The notes under the pieces: generated by a model
The model's database searches: none
The model's input: the letters and a program-made list of their open reading frames with translations, nothing else
Told to the model about the DNA's origin: nothing
Shown here: piece after piece, positions 39,901 through 50,429 of the stretch
Numbering within the stretch: position 1 is the first letter of the stretch
Layout: each line of letters starts with the position of its first letter
Program-made: the position numbers and the translations under genes
Source: Phoronis australis
Lineage: Eukaryota; Animalia; Phoronida
DNA: 64,000 nt
Direction: 5' to 3'
NCBI GenBank assembly: GCA_002633005.1
Contig: NMRA01000365.1
Span: forward strand, 330,708-394,707

Positions 39901-42900
39901 TTGACACGGTGTAACTCGCTTGGTGTTGACTGCCATCTTAATGCAAAGTAGTGTCAGGATAAAGAGGAGCGCAAAACTTCTGTAAAGCCCAAATTGTACG
40001 AGATTATCGAATGCCCTGATGAAAACTGATATTTTGCAATGTTGTTTTTTTCACACAAGTCATTCAAGCATCTTATCAAAACAATACAGGAAAACTTCAC
40101 TGCTTGATGACACTGAAAATTAACATATGAACCGCCATTTGAAATTTCTGGTCATATTGCATGCGAGTTTAATGCTGAACATTTCTCCCGACACTGTCTA
40201 TTACCATTTCGCCAGCCATCACAATCTCAGCAAACCAAAACTGGCACAATACTCAATTACTTACGTGACCTTTTGGGCCTTTTTAGCCGAAGCTATGTTA
40301 GCTACAGTACTCTCAACAGCCTGCATCAGCTGAATTTTCTGTAGCGAGTCCGGAGCTGCCTTGAACTTTCGCTTTTTTGCTTTTGGCCCACCGGGGCCAA
40401 ACTTCTTGCGCGCCGATGCAGGCCCGAAGCCAGGCAGCTCAGCGGGGGAGCAGGCTGTCGTTTGTGGAGAATTCTGTGGTGGTGGCGTGGCCACCGTGAC
40501 TGCTGTGGGCTTTACAACAGGGGGCGTGACTTTAACTGAAAATCACAAAAGATTAACTTATTTAACATTACTTGCAATGTATGTCCAAATAATGAAAGCG
40601 ATAATACATTAACAGATTCAAATTCGCATTTATATAGGATTCAGACATACAATAAAGAATAGTGAAAGCAGAAATTGCAACTACTTCCTTCGTTAAATGA
40701 GAAGTGGTTTATGGGCAACGAAAAAATTTGACATGCTCAGGGCACAAAACGACACACTGGAACAAGCCAATTTGACAGTCGAGACCACGCTCAGGGCATA
40801 AAATGACAGTGTGACAAACCACCTTGACAGTCGAGACCATGCTCAAGGCATAAAATGACACACTATGACAAGCCAACTTGACAGCCGAGACCATGATCAG
40901 AGCATAAAATGACACTAACTTGACAGTCGAGACCATGCTCAAGGCATATAATGACACACTGTAACAAGCCACCTTGACAGTCGAGACCATGACCAGAGCA
41001 TAAAATGACACACTGTGACAACCCAACTTCAAAGTTCAGAAATGATCAGGGCATTAAAAGACACACTATGACATATCAACTTGACAGTCGAGACCATACA
41101 TTTGGCATCAAATGAAACAATGTGACAAGCCAACTTGATAGTCGAGACCATGATCAGGGCATAAAATGACACATTGTGAAAAACCAACTTGACAGCTGAG
41201 AATATGCTCAGGCCATCAAATGACACACTGTGACAAGCCAACTGGACAGTGGAGACCATGATTAGGGATAAAATGACACACTGTGACAAGCCAACTTGAC
41301 AGTCGAGACCATGCTCAGGGCATAAAATGACACACTGTTGCGAACCAACGTGACAGTCGAGACCAAGCTCAGAGAATAAAATGACACACTGTTGACAAGC
41401 CAACTTGACAGTCAAGACTGCGCTCAGGGGATGAAATGACACACTGTGACAAGCCAACTTGAGTCGAGACCATGCTCAGGGCATAAAATGACCCACAGTG
41501 ACAAGCTAACTTGACGGTCGAGACCATGCCCAGGACATAAAATGACCCACTGTCACAAGCCAACTTGACAGTCGAGACCATGATCAGAGCATAAAGTGAG
41601 ACAGTGACAAGCCAACTTGACAGTAGAGACCAGGATCAGGGCATAAAATGACACACTATGACAAGCCAACTTGATAGTCGAGACCATGCCCAGGGAATAA
41701 AATGACACAATGACAAGTCAACTTGACAGTGAAGACCATGCTTTTGGCATAGAATGACACCGGGTGACAAGTCGAGACCATGCTCAAGGCATAAAATGAA
41801 ACACTGTGACAAGCCAACTTGACAGTCGAGAACATGCTCAGGACATAAAATGACACACTGATACAAGCCAACTTGACAGTGGAGAACATGCTTTTGGCAT
41901 AAAATGACACACTGTTACAAGCCAACTTGACAGCCATGACCTTGCTTTTGGCATCAAATGACACACTGTGACAAGCCAACTTGACAGTCAAAAACATGAT
42001 CAGGGCATAAAATGACACACTGTGACACCCCAACTTAACAGTCGAGACCATGATCAGAGCATAAAATGAGACAGTGACAAATCAACTTGACAGTGGAGAC
42101 CATGATCAGGGCATAAAATGACACACTGTGACAAGCCAACTTGATACTCGAGACCATGCCCAGGGCATAAAATGACACAAGTCAATTTGAAAGTGAAAAC
42201 CATACTTTTGGCATAAAATGACACACTGTGACAAGCCAACTTGACATTCGAACAAGTCAACATGACAGTCGAGGCCATGCTTTTGGCATAAAATGACACA
42301 CTGTGACAAGCCAACTTTATAGTCGAGACTATGATCAGGGGATAAAATGACACACTGACAAGCTAACTTGACAGTCAAGACCATGCTCAAGGCATAAAAT
42401 GAAACACTGTGACAAACCAACTTGACATTCGAGAACATGCTCAGGGCATAAAATGACACACTGATACAAGCCAACTTGACAGTCGAGAACATGCTCATGA
42501 AATAAAATGGCACACTGGTACAATCCAACTTGACAGTCGAGAACATGCTTTTGGCATAAAATGACACACTGTAACAAGCCAACTTGATAATCGAGACCAT
42601 GATCAGGGCATAAAATGACACACTGTGACAAACCAACTTAATAGTCGAGACCATGAACAGGGCATATAACGACAAACTATGACAAGCCAACTTGACAGTC
42701 GAGACCATGCTCCGGGCATAAAATGACACACTGTGACAAGCTAAGCTCAGGGCATAAAATGACCCACTGTGACAAGCCAACTTGACAGTCGAGATCATGC
42801 TTGGGGCATAAAATGACACACTATGACAAGCCAACTTAAAGAGCCTAGTCTCAAACAATAACAAAAGTCAGTTCTTTCCAAGGAAAAAAATAAAATATGA

Positions 42901-45900
42901 GAAAGACGGCAAAGTCGACGGTGTCCGAAATCTTAAAATTATGCGCGGTCGGGTGCCGACAATGTTTCGATTACGGTTTTAGACCGTTTGAACAGCCGCG
43001 TAGATTTGTGATCGTTAGTGCTGACATGAAATTCACACGATGTCCTCAAAAACATGAACAGCAATGTTACTGACTCTGAACACAACTGACTTACCAAACT
43101 TTGTGATAGGAAATATATATAAATATTTGTCGTCTTGACTGATGATTCGCAATGTCCACTGGATCTCAACGTCTTCAAATTTAACTGTTCGTAAACCAAA
43201 TGCAGACTACACGACTGCAGTATATGTAACACTGGTTTGTTTCTGGGGCAGCGCGTGCGACATACTTATGAGTCACCTGTCACTCAAACAGACTGAAACA
43301 GTATTCCCTCCAACGAGATACATGTAAATAAGGTTCCCGCAGTCTTACCTCGATTACGTATCCGGGCGTTTATTTGACAATTATAGAACTGTTGCTTTAT
43401 GCAATTGGGGTATATTCAATCAATATAAGTTTGAAATTGTTATTCCAAAACATAGCAGAAGGCCATACCACAATTTAACGGAGGTAGAGCCTACGTAGTT
43501 CTAACCGCAAAACACTGCCACACGCAAGTGACTGTTCAAGTAGCTGGCTACACTGGCGTTAGCTTCTTCGACACTAATTATGCTTCAAGATAAAAGTGGT
43601 TCGTCCTGATAATCTCGGCACTTGCATTCCTGGTACTGCTGTTGTAATTTTATCTGTCCAATGTTCACTACGACCCGATAGCAGTGCCGTCTGCTAATTT
43701 ATTTTTTATGTGCATATGCGAATTTAGATCGATCTTCGCTACAAGCCCAAGTTCATTTTACAAATCACACGCCATGGGTCAAATGACCCACGAAAGGGAC
43801 TGGAAACAGGTGGAAAACGGAGCAACTTTGACTAACGATAAACAGATTCACACTCTGTTTTAGATGGCTTCCAAATTCTTCATCTTGGGGTGCGAGAGCC
43901 CAAACATTTCGTGTAGGCTAGTAAATGGAATGTCAGTAGGTAGATATTACAACATGAAAATTTTTAACGTATACTGCACGACAAAATAGGACACGGATTT
44001 TTGCTCTTCACAAAGTCTGTTTTAACTTGACACTAAAACACATCGTTTTGCCAATTCGGACGCATGGTATAGTGAAGGTCGGAGTACCGAGAGGAAGGTA
44101 AGTGGGCCGCAGGTTCACAGAAAAAATTGAATCCGTGAACATGGAATTCGACTTGGTATTACAACGGTCTCATCACCAGTGCTTATTAATTAGCTGATGA
44201 TCCAAATACAAAGCGTGACACTGTGACGATTACGCGAAAGTCTGATAACATAATTTCATTTGCAGAGTGAAATTGCGATCAAGCGTGGCAATTATTACGA
44301 GTCCATGATTATAACTGCCAAGAAAACGAGTAAGATATACCCAAACCATCCACACAGATAACTACAGACAGTGACATCAGTCAATACATTACACCGATGG
44401 CAGTTTTAAACGATGTGTAAATAATTATCTTTACTTGATGAACTTCCAGATTTACATTCAGTTCCCGATCATGCGAAAAAGTAAACCATCCGAAATGTAA
44501 GAATTATGGCCAATGCCGCTAAAATCAATGTGTCAGAAATTTGAGAAATACGGTGAATGCCAAATTCTACCGTGTCTCAAATTTCAGAACGAAAAAAATT
44601 CAGTTTGAGGTTGGACTTAGGTACCCAAAATTCGGGAGACTGTCCTAAATTCGGGAATTTTACCGTAACAATGAAGAGGTCTTTTAACGTCGTAATGATT
44701 CCAAAGAGGTATTGTTCATCAAACGTGGGCATTACCACAGCCACCAACTGTTCACATTGTCCTTGGTTGGCAATTATTTTTCTCCTCTTTCCAGTCTTGA
44801 TGAATTACTCAGTATAAAACAGTATTTTGAATTCATGAAACAACTACTTTCAGCCAGAAAATTTGTAACTGATGTTTATCAAGTTACCATTAAGTTAAAA
44901 GATTCTACTTCAAATACCCGATGTCAATTTTCTAAAATTGAGATGGATTTGATGGTTATAATTCAAACAATTTGCAGCACCAGAAATATTTCACAAACCG
45001 CTCCTCACTCCTACTCACTTAGGGGTGCTGTACGTTGTGCAGCCTTTGTTATCCTTTTAGCAGCTGCTGGCTTGGAAGGTGATGCTGATGCTTTGAATGA
45101 TGAGCGCTTAGTTTTGCCAGCCTCCCGGATGATCTCAAAGGGTGGTTTGTGGATAGGATTTTTGTTGAATGTGAAACAGCCCATAGTGATGTCGGGATCA
45201 GGGTGAAGTTCCAAGTAAGCCTCGATCTCCGGCATTGATCTCAACTTCCTGCCAACTGGGGGCCAATAGTAGACGTCGCCGGCTCGCTTCGGCGTCACGC
45301 GGCCGTCTTTTTCGCATGTTCCTCGAAACACAAGCTCACGTTTCCAGCCTACAGAGATTTAGAGGTATAGGTGACATTGGCAGGTTTCATTTCAGCACCA
45401 TGAAAATGTAGTTCCTAATGGGTGGTAGACCAATCGATCAATAAACTGGTAGGCCTTAGCCCCAACATAGATATAATACATATAGTCTTCACAAGGATTT
45501 TGCCATTTAAACCACAACTTACCACCATAAAGTTTCCTTGTTCAAACAAACATATGGCTAAATTGGTAATTTTTTCATTTTTGAGACAATCAAGAATGCT
45601 ACATAGTGTGTTTGTTGATGACAGCCGCACACATAATGTTTTCAATTAATTAAGTAAAATTTTCTTCTCGTTTACTCTCGTCAAAAATCTTGATTCAATG
45701 AAATTTTACTGTTCTTCCATATTGAGTTGCAATTTGAAGTTTGGTTGAATCATCCCTACATCATAAGTCACCAGTTGTTATGCTGCTTCTGGCACACACT
45801 GCAATAATTACATGCACTTAATCTCTGAATTTCCATTCAGCAGCAGTGAGCCTACAGAATTATTTGAATTATTACATGACCATAAGTAGTGCCAGGTACA

Positions 45901-48900
45901 GGCCAAGACCATAAGTACAGCCAGGTACAGGCCAAGACCAGAAGTAGTGCCAGGTACAGGCCAAGACCATAAATAGTGCCAGGTACAGGCCAAGACCATA
46001 AGTAGTGCCAGGTACAGGCCAAGACCATAAGTAGTGCAAGGTACAGGCCAAGACCATAAGTAGTGCCAGCTACAGGCCAAGACCATAAGTAGTGCCAGCT
46101 ACAGGCCAAGACCATAAGTAGTGCCAGGTACAGGCCAAGAATATAAGTAGTGCCAGCTACAGGCCAAGACCATAAGTAGCGACAGCTACAGGCCAAGATT
46201 CCAACAAATTGTAATCTGTAACCTACCTTTTTCGAACACTATTAGCTGGTTAGCAGTGACAAGATTATTTCCTGAAAAAAGAATGCCATTAAATTACCAA
46301 AATACTAAAAGTCACAGACATTTTTTTCAAACCACCCAAGCGCATTAACATTGAGAAACTCAAAAAATAAATATACCTTGAAAGTATTGAAAAATGGCAT
46401 GAGTTAAGAGCGAAAAACTCAAAATGAGTTATTCATATTGCTATGGGGTACACTTGTATAGTGTTCACATGGAAACTTAAGACAAGAACAGGTCATGGTT
46501 AGACTTAGAAACTGAATTGGGAATCGTACTACGTGGAGATAAATTAAAAAGCTTTAAGGTGAAAACAAGGGAAACAGCGGTTTCGGATATTTTACCATAA
46601 ATAAATATGGTATTCTTTTCTTAGTGAGAATTAGAAATACATTAATTACTTATTAGACGAGTCATCTGTCACCCACAAGTTGATGCCAATGTAAAGCGTA
46701 GGCCTACACCAGCAATTCAAGTGTGTGAACTTATGTGTGTGCACCACTCCAAAGCTGTACATCAAAAGCGAACAATACTTAAATAAAAGACTGTACCAGC
46801 TCAGCTCTGTTAAGCTCTCGAGTGCCAATGTTTTAGTTGACAATCATATAGCAAGTCAGTCATAGCAAAGCCACGGATATTTTTTCAAAGACTATTTTCT
46901 CCCTTTTCACATTGCAAACTTAGCTACTCAAATGCACGTGCCAGTTAGAGCACTTGTTCAACTTTCATGTCAGCAACTAGCCTTGAGCACTAGAGCCTTT
47001 CAAGGGTGGTCGTGAAGAACCGTAACGCTGTAGATGCATGTATGAACTCAATTTTGGGACCTGATATTTTTGAGTATTTAACATCGCAGGAAAAAGCATA
47101 CCGTATTCGCCATAATAACCACCAGGGGTACTTAGAAAAGTTCCGTTTCCGGGGGGGTGCTTATTATAACCCAAAGCCATTGAAACCTGGTCTCCGAAAC
47201 GGGTGAAATCGGAACCTAAGATTCATCATATTTACGCTCAGTGACGTATCTGTAATCTATGAAAGACTTTCTACAAAACTGTGGTGCATTGCTATCAAAC
47301 TTTGCTGCTAAATTACGATCATTTTACAGAAAATTGTGCTGAAATCCCAGGGCGAAAACTCGCCGACTGCCTGCCTCGCAATCGTCGATATGGTGACTTG
47401 AATGCTTGAATAAAAATAGTTTCGACTACCTGAAATCCTCTTTAAGTTTTCCATGTAGTTTCCCAAAGATTTTNGAAAAAGCATACCGTATTCGCCATAA
47501 TAACCACCAGGGGTACTTAGAAAAGTTCCGTTTCCGGGGGGGTGCTTATTATAACCCAAAGCCATTGAAACCTGGTCTCCGAAATGGGTGAAATCGGAAC
47601 CTAAGATTCATCATAATTACGCTCAGTGACGTATCTGTAATCTATGAAAGACTTTCTACAAAACCGTGGTGCATTGCTATCAAACTTTGCTGCTAAATTA
47701 CGATCATTTTACAGAAAATTGTGCTGAAATCCCAGGGCGAAAACTCGCCGACTGCCTGCCTCGCAATCGTCGATATGGTGACTTGAATGCTTGAATAAAA
47801 ATAGTTTCGACTACCTGAAATCCTCTTTAAGTTTTCCATGTAGTTTCCCAAAGATTTTTAAGTTCCCGTGGAGTCGGGATCACGACAGGTTTAAGTACAA
47901 ATCTGTGCTACATCGTGCCATCTGCACGTATGATTGGCAACACGAGAAAAATGTCTGGACGAACACATGTTGTAGTCACGTGACATTTGTTTTGAAGTTG
48001 TCTGCGTTTGTGAGTAAGCGAGCACATGCATGTCACCAGAGTTCATTTGCCAGAGCAGATACCGTCTTTTGGCCACGCAATCTAACAAGCTAGATGTGCA
48101 TTGTATCTAAAGAAATTTGCACAAGCAGTAGGCCTAAACCAGAGCGTGTTTCATTCAGCACTTGCAGGTATCATGGGCTAAAAACATTCAACATTTGTCT
48201 CAGTAAGGCCCGCATTAGTAGTCGCAGTGTGGCTGGATGTGGCCTACGTGACTATCTGACAGTTATTATTCGGTGCAAGAGTGTGTAAGCACTCACCGTC
48301 AGTGGTCATTTTATCGGATATTTGGCTTGAAAACACTAATTATAGTTAATCAAACAATTCATCTTAAAAATAACGCAAACATTTTTTATAGTATTAGAAA
48401 CTGTCGGAAATTAGTGCCAACATTCATTTCCAGCCGATGCTATGCTACCCGTTTCATGAATGGATAGTTGCTGACTAATGTCTTTGATGACAGGTTCATG
48501 TATGAACTCAATTTTGGGACCTGATATTTTTGAGTATTTAACATCGCAGGAAAAAGCATGCCGTGCTTCCTGGCCACGTGCTTTTAACACTGGCCAAGTT
48601 TTTTATTAGTCTTCGATTCACGGTTTTCACATGTAGGCCTACAAAAAAATTTGGATTCCTGTTGAAAGCGAGAAATATCTAAAAAGCAATGCCGTAAACA
48701 ATTACACTACTTCTGTTCTGAAAGGCGAGACCATTGGTCCTTGCAATATCAGCAAAACTTTTCTGTTGGTTTTGAGGCATGGCGGAAGTTTGAAGTGTAT
48801 AGTCACGGCTAAATACCGACATAGCGGCGAGGCTCGTGGTCTACAAATTCTGCAAACAATAATTTTTTTCAGGACTGCCGGATATCATTGATAAATTGAA

Positions 48901-50325
48901 GACGTTACTGCAGAATTTTAGAACTACCGGTAAGGCATTTTTCGTACGTACACGTTCATGGACTGGGCGCTTATTTTAGCAAAGTCTGAAAACGCGTGGG
49001 GGGCGCTTATAGGGGCATGGGCGATTATTAAGGCGAATACGGTAATCAAAATATTTCTCGATGACCTATTAAATTAATTTTGGCGCCAAAAAATGTCTGG
49101 AAAATTTTGCGATCTGGAATTTGTGAATGCAGGCTGGATTCTGAAAATGCGTTCACAAAATGCAACCAGGCGATTTTCATAGCGTCAAGTGCTGGGGGGA
49201 GTAACCAGATTACTGGGGTAGGGGATTTTCCCTTGACCAAAAATGTCCCTCCAAGGAGGAACAGGCACCTCTACCGAAGGTGAGCAAGGTCCTTACTATA
49301 CATCTCCATGACCATTGAAAATCAAAGATTGACTTCATCACTTTTAAAGATGAACATTGAAACATGTTTCTTCAATACTTACGTCTTGCCCGCTTCCTTT
49401 GGGGACCTTCTTCACAGATTTCGAACTCCTCTATTTTGGCCATATCATCATCGACACCTCCCTCGCGGAGAGTTTCAAAGTCCGCTTGACCATAGACCTC
49501 GTCCACATCCTTCGGCTCTTTTTTTGGCACAACTTGACCATCAGCATCAAATTCCAGCTCTGTGTCCTCACTTTTATCCTTAGCAGCCTCTTCAGCTAAC
49601 ATACGCGCAATACTAAATGCTTGACTACCGATGGTATTGCTGCTTTTCTCCGTTATTTTCTGCTGGGCCTTCTTCGTGCTAATCAATCCAAAACTTTCCA
49701 TTTGTGATGTTTTCTCGTTATCCTCGGCACTGTTTTGCGATACATCTTCGCGCTTCTCACTACCCTTTTCAACTTCCACACTACTCTCATGCCCCTTGTT
49801 GTCACTTTCTTCTTCATTCACTTTATTACTGTCATTTCCTGTGTCATCTGTGTGCTCTGGCTTCTCGTTTTTAACAGCAGGCTCTGTGCAATGCTCACCA
49901 ACTAGCTTGGTCTGTGAATCACTGTCGCATGTCTCAGAACTCTCTGCCTCATTTCTCAGTGGGGATATTGGACATATGTCAAATTCATCATCAATTGTCT
50001 CCCCTGCTTCATCGTCCATTTCCTCAACAACACCATCCATCTGCTCTCCAACTGGAGATGACTCATCAGTCTCCAGACTCCCAGCACCATCTAAATCCAT
50101 CTGTACCTGGTCACTTTGTACAATGTCGATTAGACCTGTAGGTTGAACATTGTTAATCTGCGTTTCGTCGACTCTATTTCCACAGCAAAGATGGCCAGGA
50201 AACTTGCCGGACATCTTGGCATCGCAGAAGCACTTCACTCCACATTTACTTGGAGATTTCAGTGGCGATGAGCCAGACTCACCATTAGAGTTCATGTGAA
50301 GACTAAGAGGGGGCGGTGCTGTCAT
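14513..50325 (-). CDS. MBD-PHD-F-box-LRR protein, whole coding span (13 coding exons, about 1675 aa)
   Basis: Exons 50325-49383, 46271-46227, 45348-45019, 40535-40265, 39571-39415, 28735-27735, 26783-26732, 26569-26283, 25896-25743, 23706-23599, 22708-22602, 16698-16587, 15973-14513 all have GT-AG ends and compatible phases; total 5028 nt without internal stop. Confidence 0.85.
16587..16698 (-). CDS. Coding exon 12: LRRs
   Basis: RLKELELIMY...VAALTSLRVFSVWPDTREK; phase 2 to 0. Confidence 0.88.
17359..17640. repeat. 21-bp minisatellite, about 13 copies
   Basis: Unit aacataggagaacagtcaggt, near-perfect. Confidence 0.97.
17670..17872 (-). mobile_element. Second Penelope-like GIY-YIG relic, same family as 11060-11270
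   Basis: Clear nucleotide similarity (ccttgtc.aggatctgaacaccagag, ttggagctcaaat.aacca). Confidence 0.8.
18495..19980 (-). mobile_element. Helentron-associated (HINE/DINE-1-like) non-autonomous element, family A, copy 1, with internal tandem gccactag blocks
   Basis: SubTIR ATGCGCCCAC near one end; hairpin atgcgtccacat-aaaaat-atgtgggcgcat and ggac microsatellite at the other; palindrome caacgc-aga-gcgttg; A/T-run flanks. Confidence 0.7.
20113..20840 (-). mobile_element. HINE-like family A, copy 2
   Basis: Same termini (aacaagag...aatgcgcccac and gtgggtgcataaaaa) and the same internal blocks. Confidence 0.7.
21091..22344. mobile_element. Non-autonomous hAT transposon
   Basis: 15-bp perfect TIR CAGGGACTCATCTAG and perfect 8-bp TSD TCTAGAAG (21083-21090, 22345-22352). 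Confidence 0.92.
22602..22708 (-). CDS. Coding exon 11: LRRs
   Basis: FLAVLTELRHLRLECGG...LAKALKNMV. Confidence 0.9.
23599..23706 (-). CDS. Coding exon 10: LRRs
   Basis: SLTTL...FLAQLQGLHQLELGDCLNWSEE. Confidence 0.9.
23915..24050. repeat. 19-bp minisatellite, about 7 copies
   Basis: Unit taggtcacttactgctatt. Confidence 0.92.
25743..25896 (-). CDS. Coding exon 9: LRRs
   Basis: LEHLEELKLRG...LSGLTGLKKL (LxxLxL). Confidence 0.9.
26283..26569 (-). CDS. Coding exon 8: LRRs
   Basis: CKSISL...TRSLDLRGL...LVTVQHLHMGQC...KMPQLVSL; canonical splice sites. Confidence 0.9.
26732..26783 (-). CDS. Coding exon 7: F-box C-terminal half (RASCVCRTWRNVAIHNSL)
   Basis: VCRxW F-box motif; cttcag|...|gtaagt. 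Confidence 0.92.
27735..28735 (-). CDS. Coding exon 6: Pro/Gln/His-rich region and start of F-box
   Basis: 342-aa ORF; ends LHVGFDCLLEIFKCLTIRDRLR (F-box helices); donor AG|gtaagc. Confidence 0.92.
29190..29670. repeat. Interspersed repeat rich in aaaatgtaacaa motifs; further copies about 31480-32085 (direct) and 36710-37200 (inverted)
   Basis: Shared blocks such as cattacagtaaacacacttcc and gcacaa.agaaacaatgtcatcgtattt. Confidence 0.75.
32548..33530 (-). mobile_element. 5'-truncated L2/CR1-group LINE (RT C-terminus, 3' UTR, (AATA)n tail)
   Basis: KFKYLGLTLDPNLKFNMHID...LYHSIIQPHIDYCLPVWG...QNRAARAIL..., frameshift, GLAPAYL...RSFIY...WNSL...FK; 3' stem-loop near 32588-32632 and AATA tail. 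Confidence 0.93.
33850..35410. mobile_element. Interspersed repeat family B (HINE-like); other copies 51685-52486, 53380-55230, 63795-64000
   Basis: Shared aaaatggcgg...gccatttt, gcgcatgcgcacctc, tttcgccaagt and cgctcctc.gag blocks; terminal hairpin tacttggcgaaat-tt-atttcgccaagta at 52457-52484. Confidence 0.65.
35465..36240 (+). mobile_element. Right half of the pogo/Tc1-like MITE family also at 47101-49042, with HIRAN-like relic
   Basis: Colinear with about 48195-49042; ends gcgaatacgg-TA. Confidence 0.8.
38023..39316. mobile_element. Kolobok-like non-autonomous DNA transposon with about 320-bp TIRs and THAP-domain relic
   Basis: Termini AGGCGAAGGCAACC flanked by TTAA (left) and TAAA (right); minus-strand relic MPRCCCIPGC...LHCFPKD...W...KHFQPSDY...RLKKSSIPSL is a THAP consensus. 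Confidence 0.8.
39415..39571 (-). CDS. Coding exon 5: PHD finger (C4HC3)
   Basis: CSLKC-x11-CGLC-x4-H-x2-C-x13-C, with the last Cys supplied by the next exon (CL|RC); repairs the phase 2 to phase 0 junction. Confidence 0.88.
40265..40535 (-). CDS. Coding exon 4: Pro/Lys-rich linker (PKAKKRKFK, NLS-like)
   Basis: ttttcag|TT...AC|gtaagt; phases 1 and 2 fit the neighbouring exons. Confidence 0.85.
40730..42838. repeat. 54-bp satellite array, about 39 diverged copies
   Basis: Unit gcataaaatgacacactgtgacaagccaacttgacagtcgagaccatgctcagg; 18-aa periodicity in spurious ORFs. Confidence 0.97.
45019..45348 (-). CDS. Coding exon 3: methyl-CpG-binding domain (MBD/TAM fold)
   Basis: GWKRELVFR...AGDVYYWPPVGRKLRSMPEIEAYL...CFTF matches the MBD consensus GW.R...R...DVYY..P.G.K.RS..E...YL...F.F. 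Confidence 0.93.
45878..46197. repeat. 29-bp minisatellite, about 11 copies
   Basis: Unit gaccataagtagtgccaggtacaggccaa. Confidence 0.97.
46227..46271 (-). CDS. Coding exon 2: 45-nt small exon (RNNLVTANQLIVFEK)
   Basis: ttttcag|GA...G|gtaggt, phase 1/1, leads directly into the GW of the MBD. Confidence 0.7.
47101..49042 (+). mobile_element. Tc1/mariner-pogo-like non-autonomous element with HIRAN-like relic ORF
   Basis: TIR CCGTATTCGCC.TAATAA at both ends, TA on both flanks; related inverted left-end copy about 55270-55827. Confidence 0.82.
49383..50325 (-). CDS. Coding exon 1: acidic low-complexity N-terminus ending in basic NLS-like QRKRARR
   Basis: 317-aa ORF; acceptor ttttcag just before 50352 upstream of the ATG (implies a further 5' UTR exon); donor C|gtaagt. 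Confidence 0.85.
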
Positions 50326-50429
50326 AATCTGAGGCCGTGTACAAAACTAAACCTGAAAAAACAATAAAATCCATTAGCACAAGCTCACACAGCATGTGTT
50401 CTACAAGTTACTTTTCATGACACTTTCAC

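Noticed and set aside
40709-42864. Many long Cys/His-rich ORFs
   Set aside because: Products of the 54-bp satellite; frequent frameshifts and no splice context.
47091-47858. Near-exact tandem duplication of about 384 bp at the MITE left end
   Set aside because: The junction is a single N (47474); most likely a contig-overlap assembly artefact.
49631-50146. Antisense ORFs over large exons (also 14916-15664 and 27873-28781)
   Set aside because: Shadow frames of the real minus-strand coding exons.
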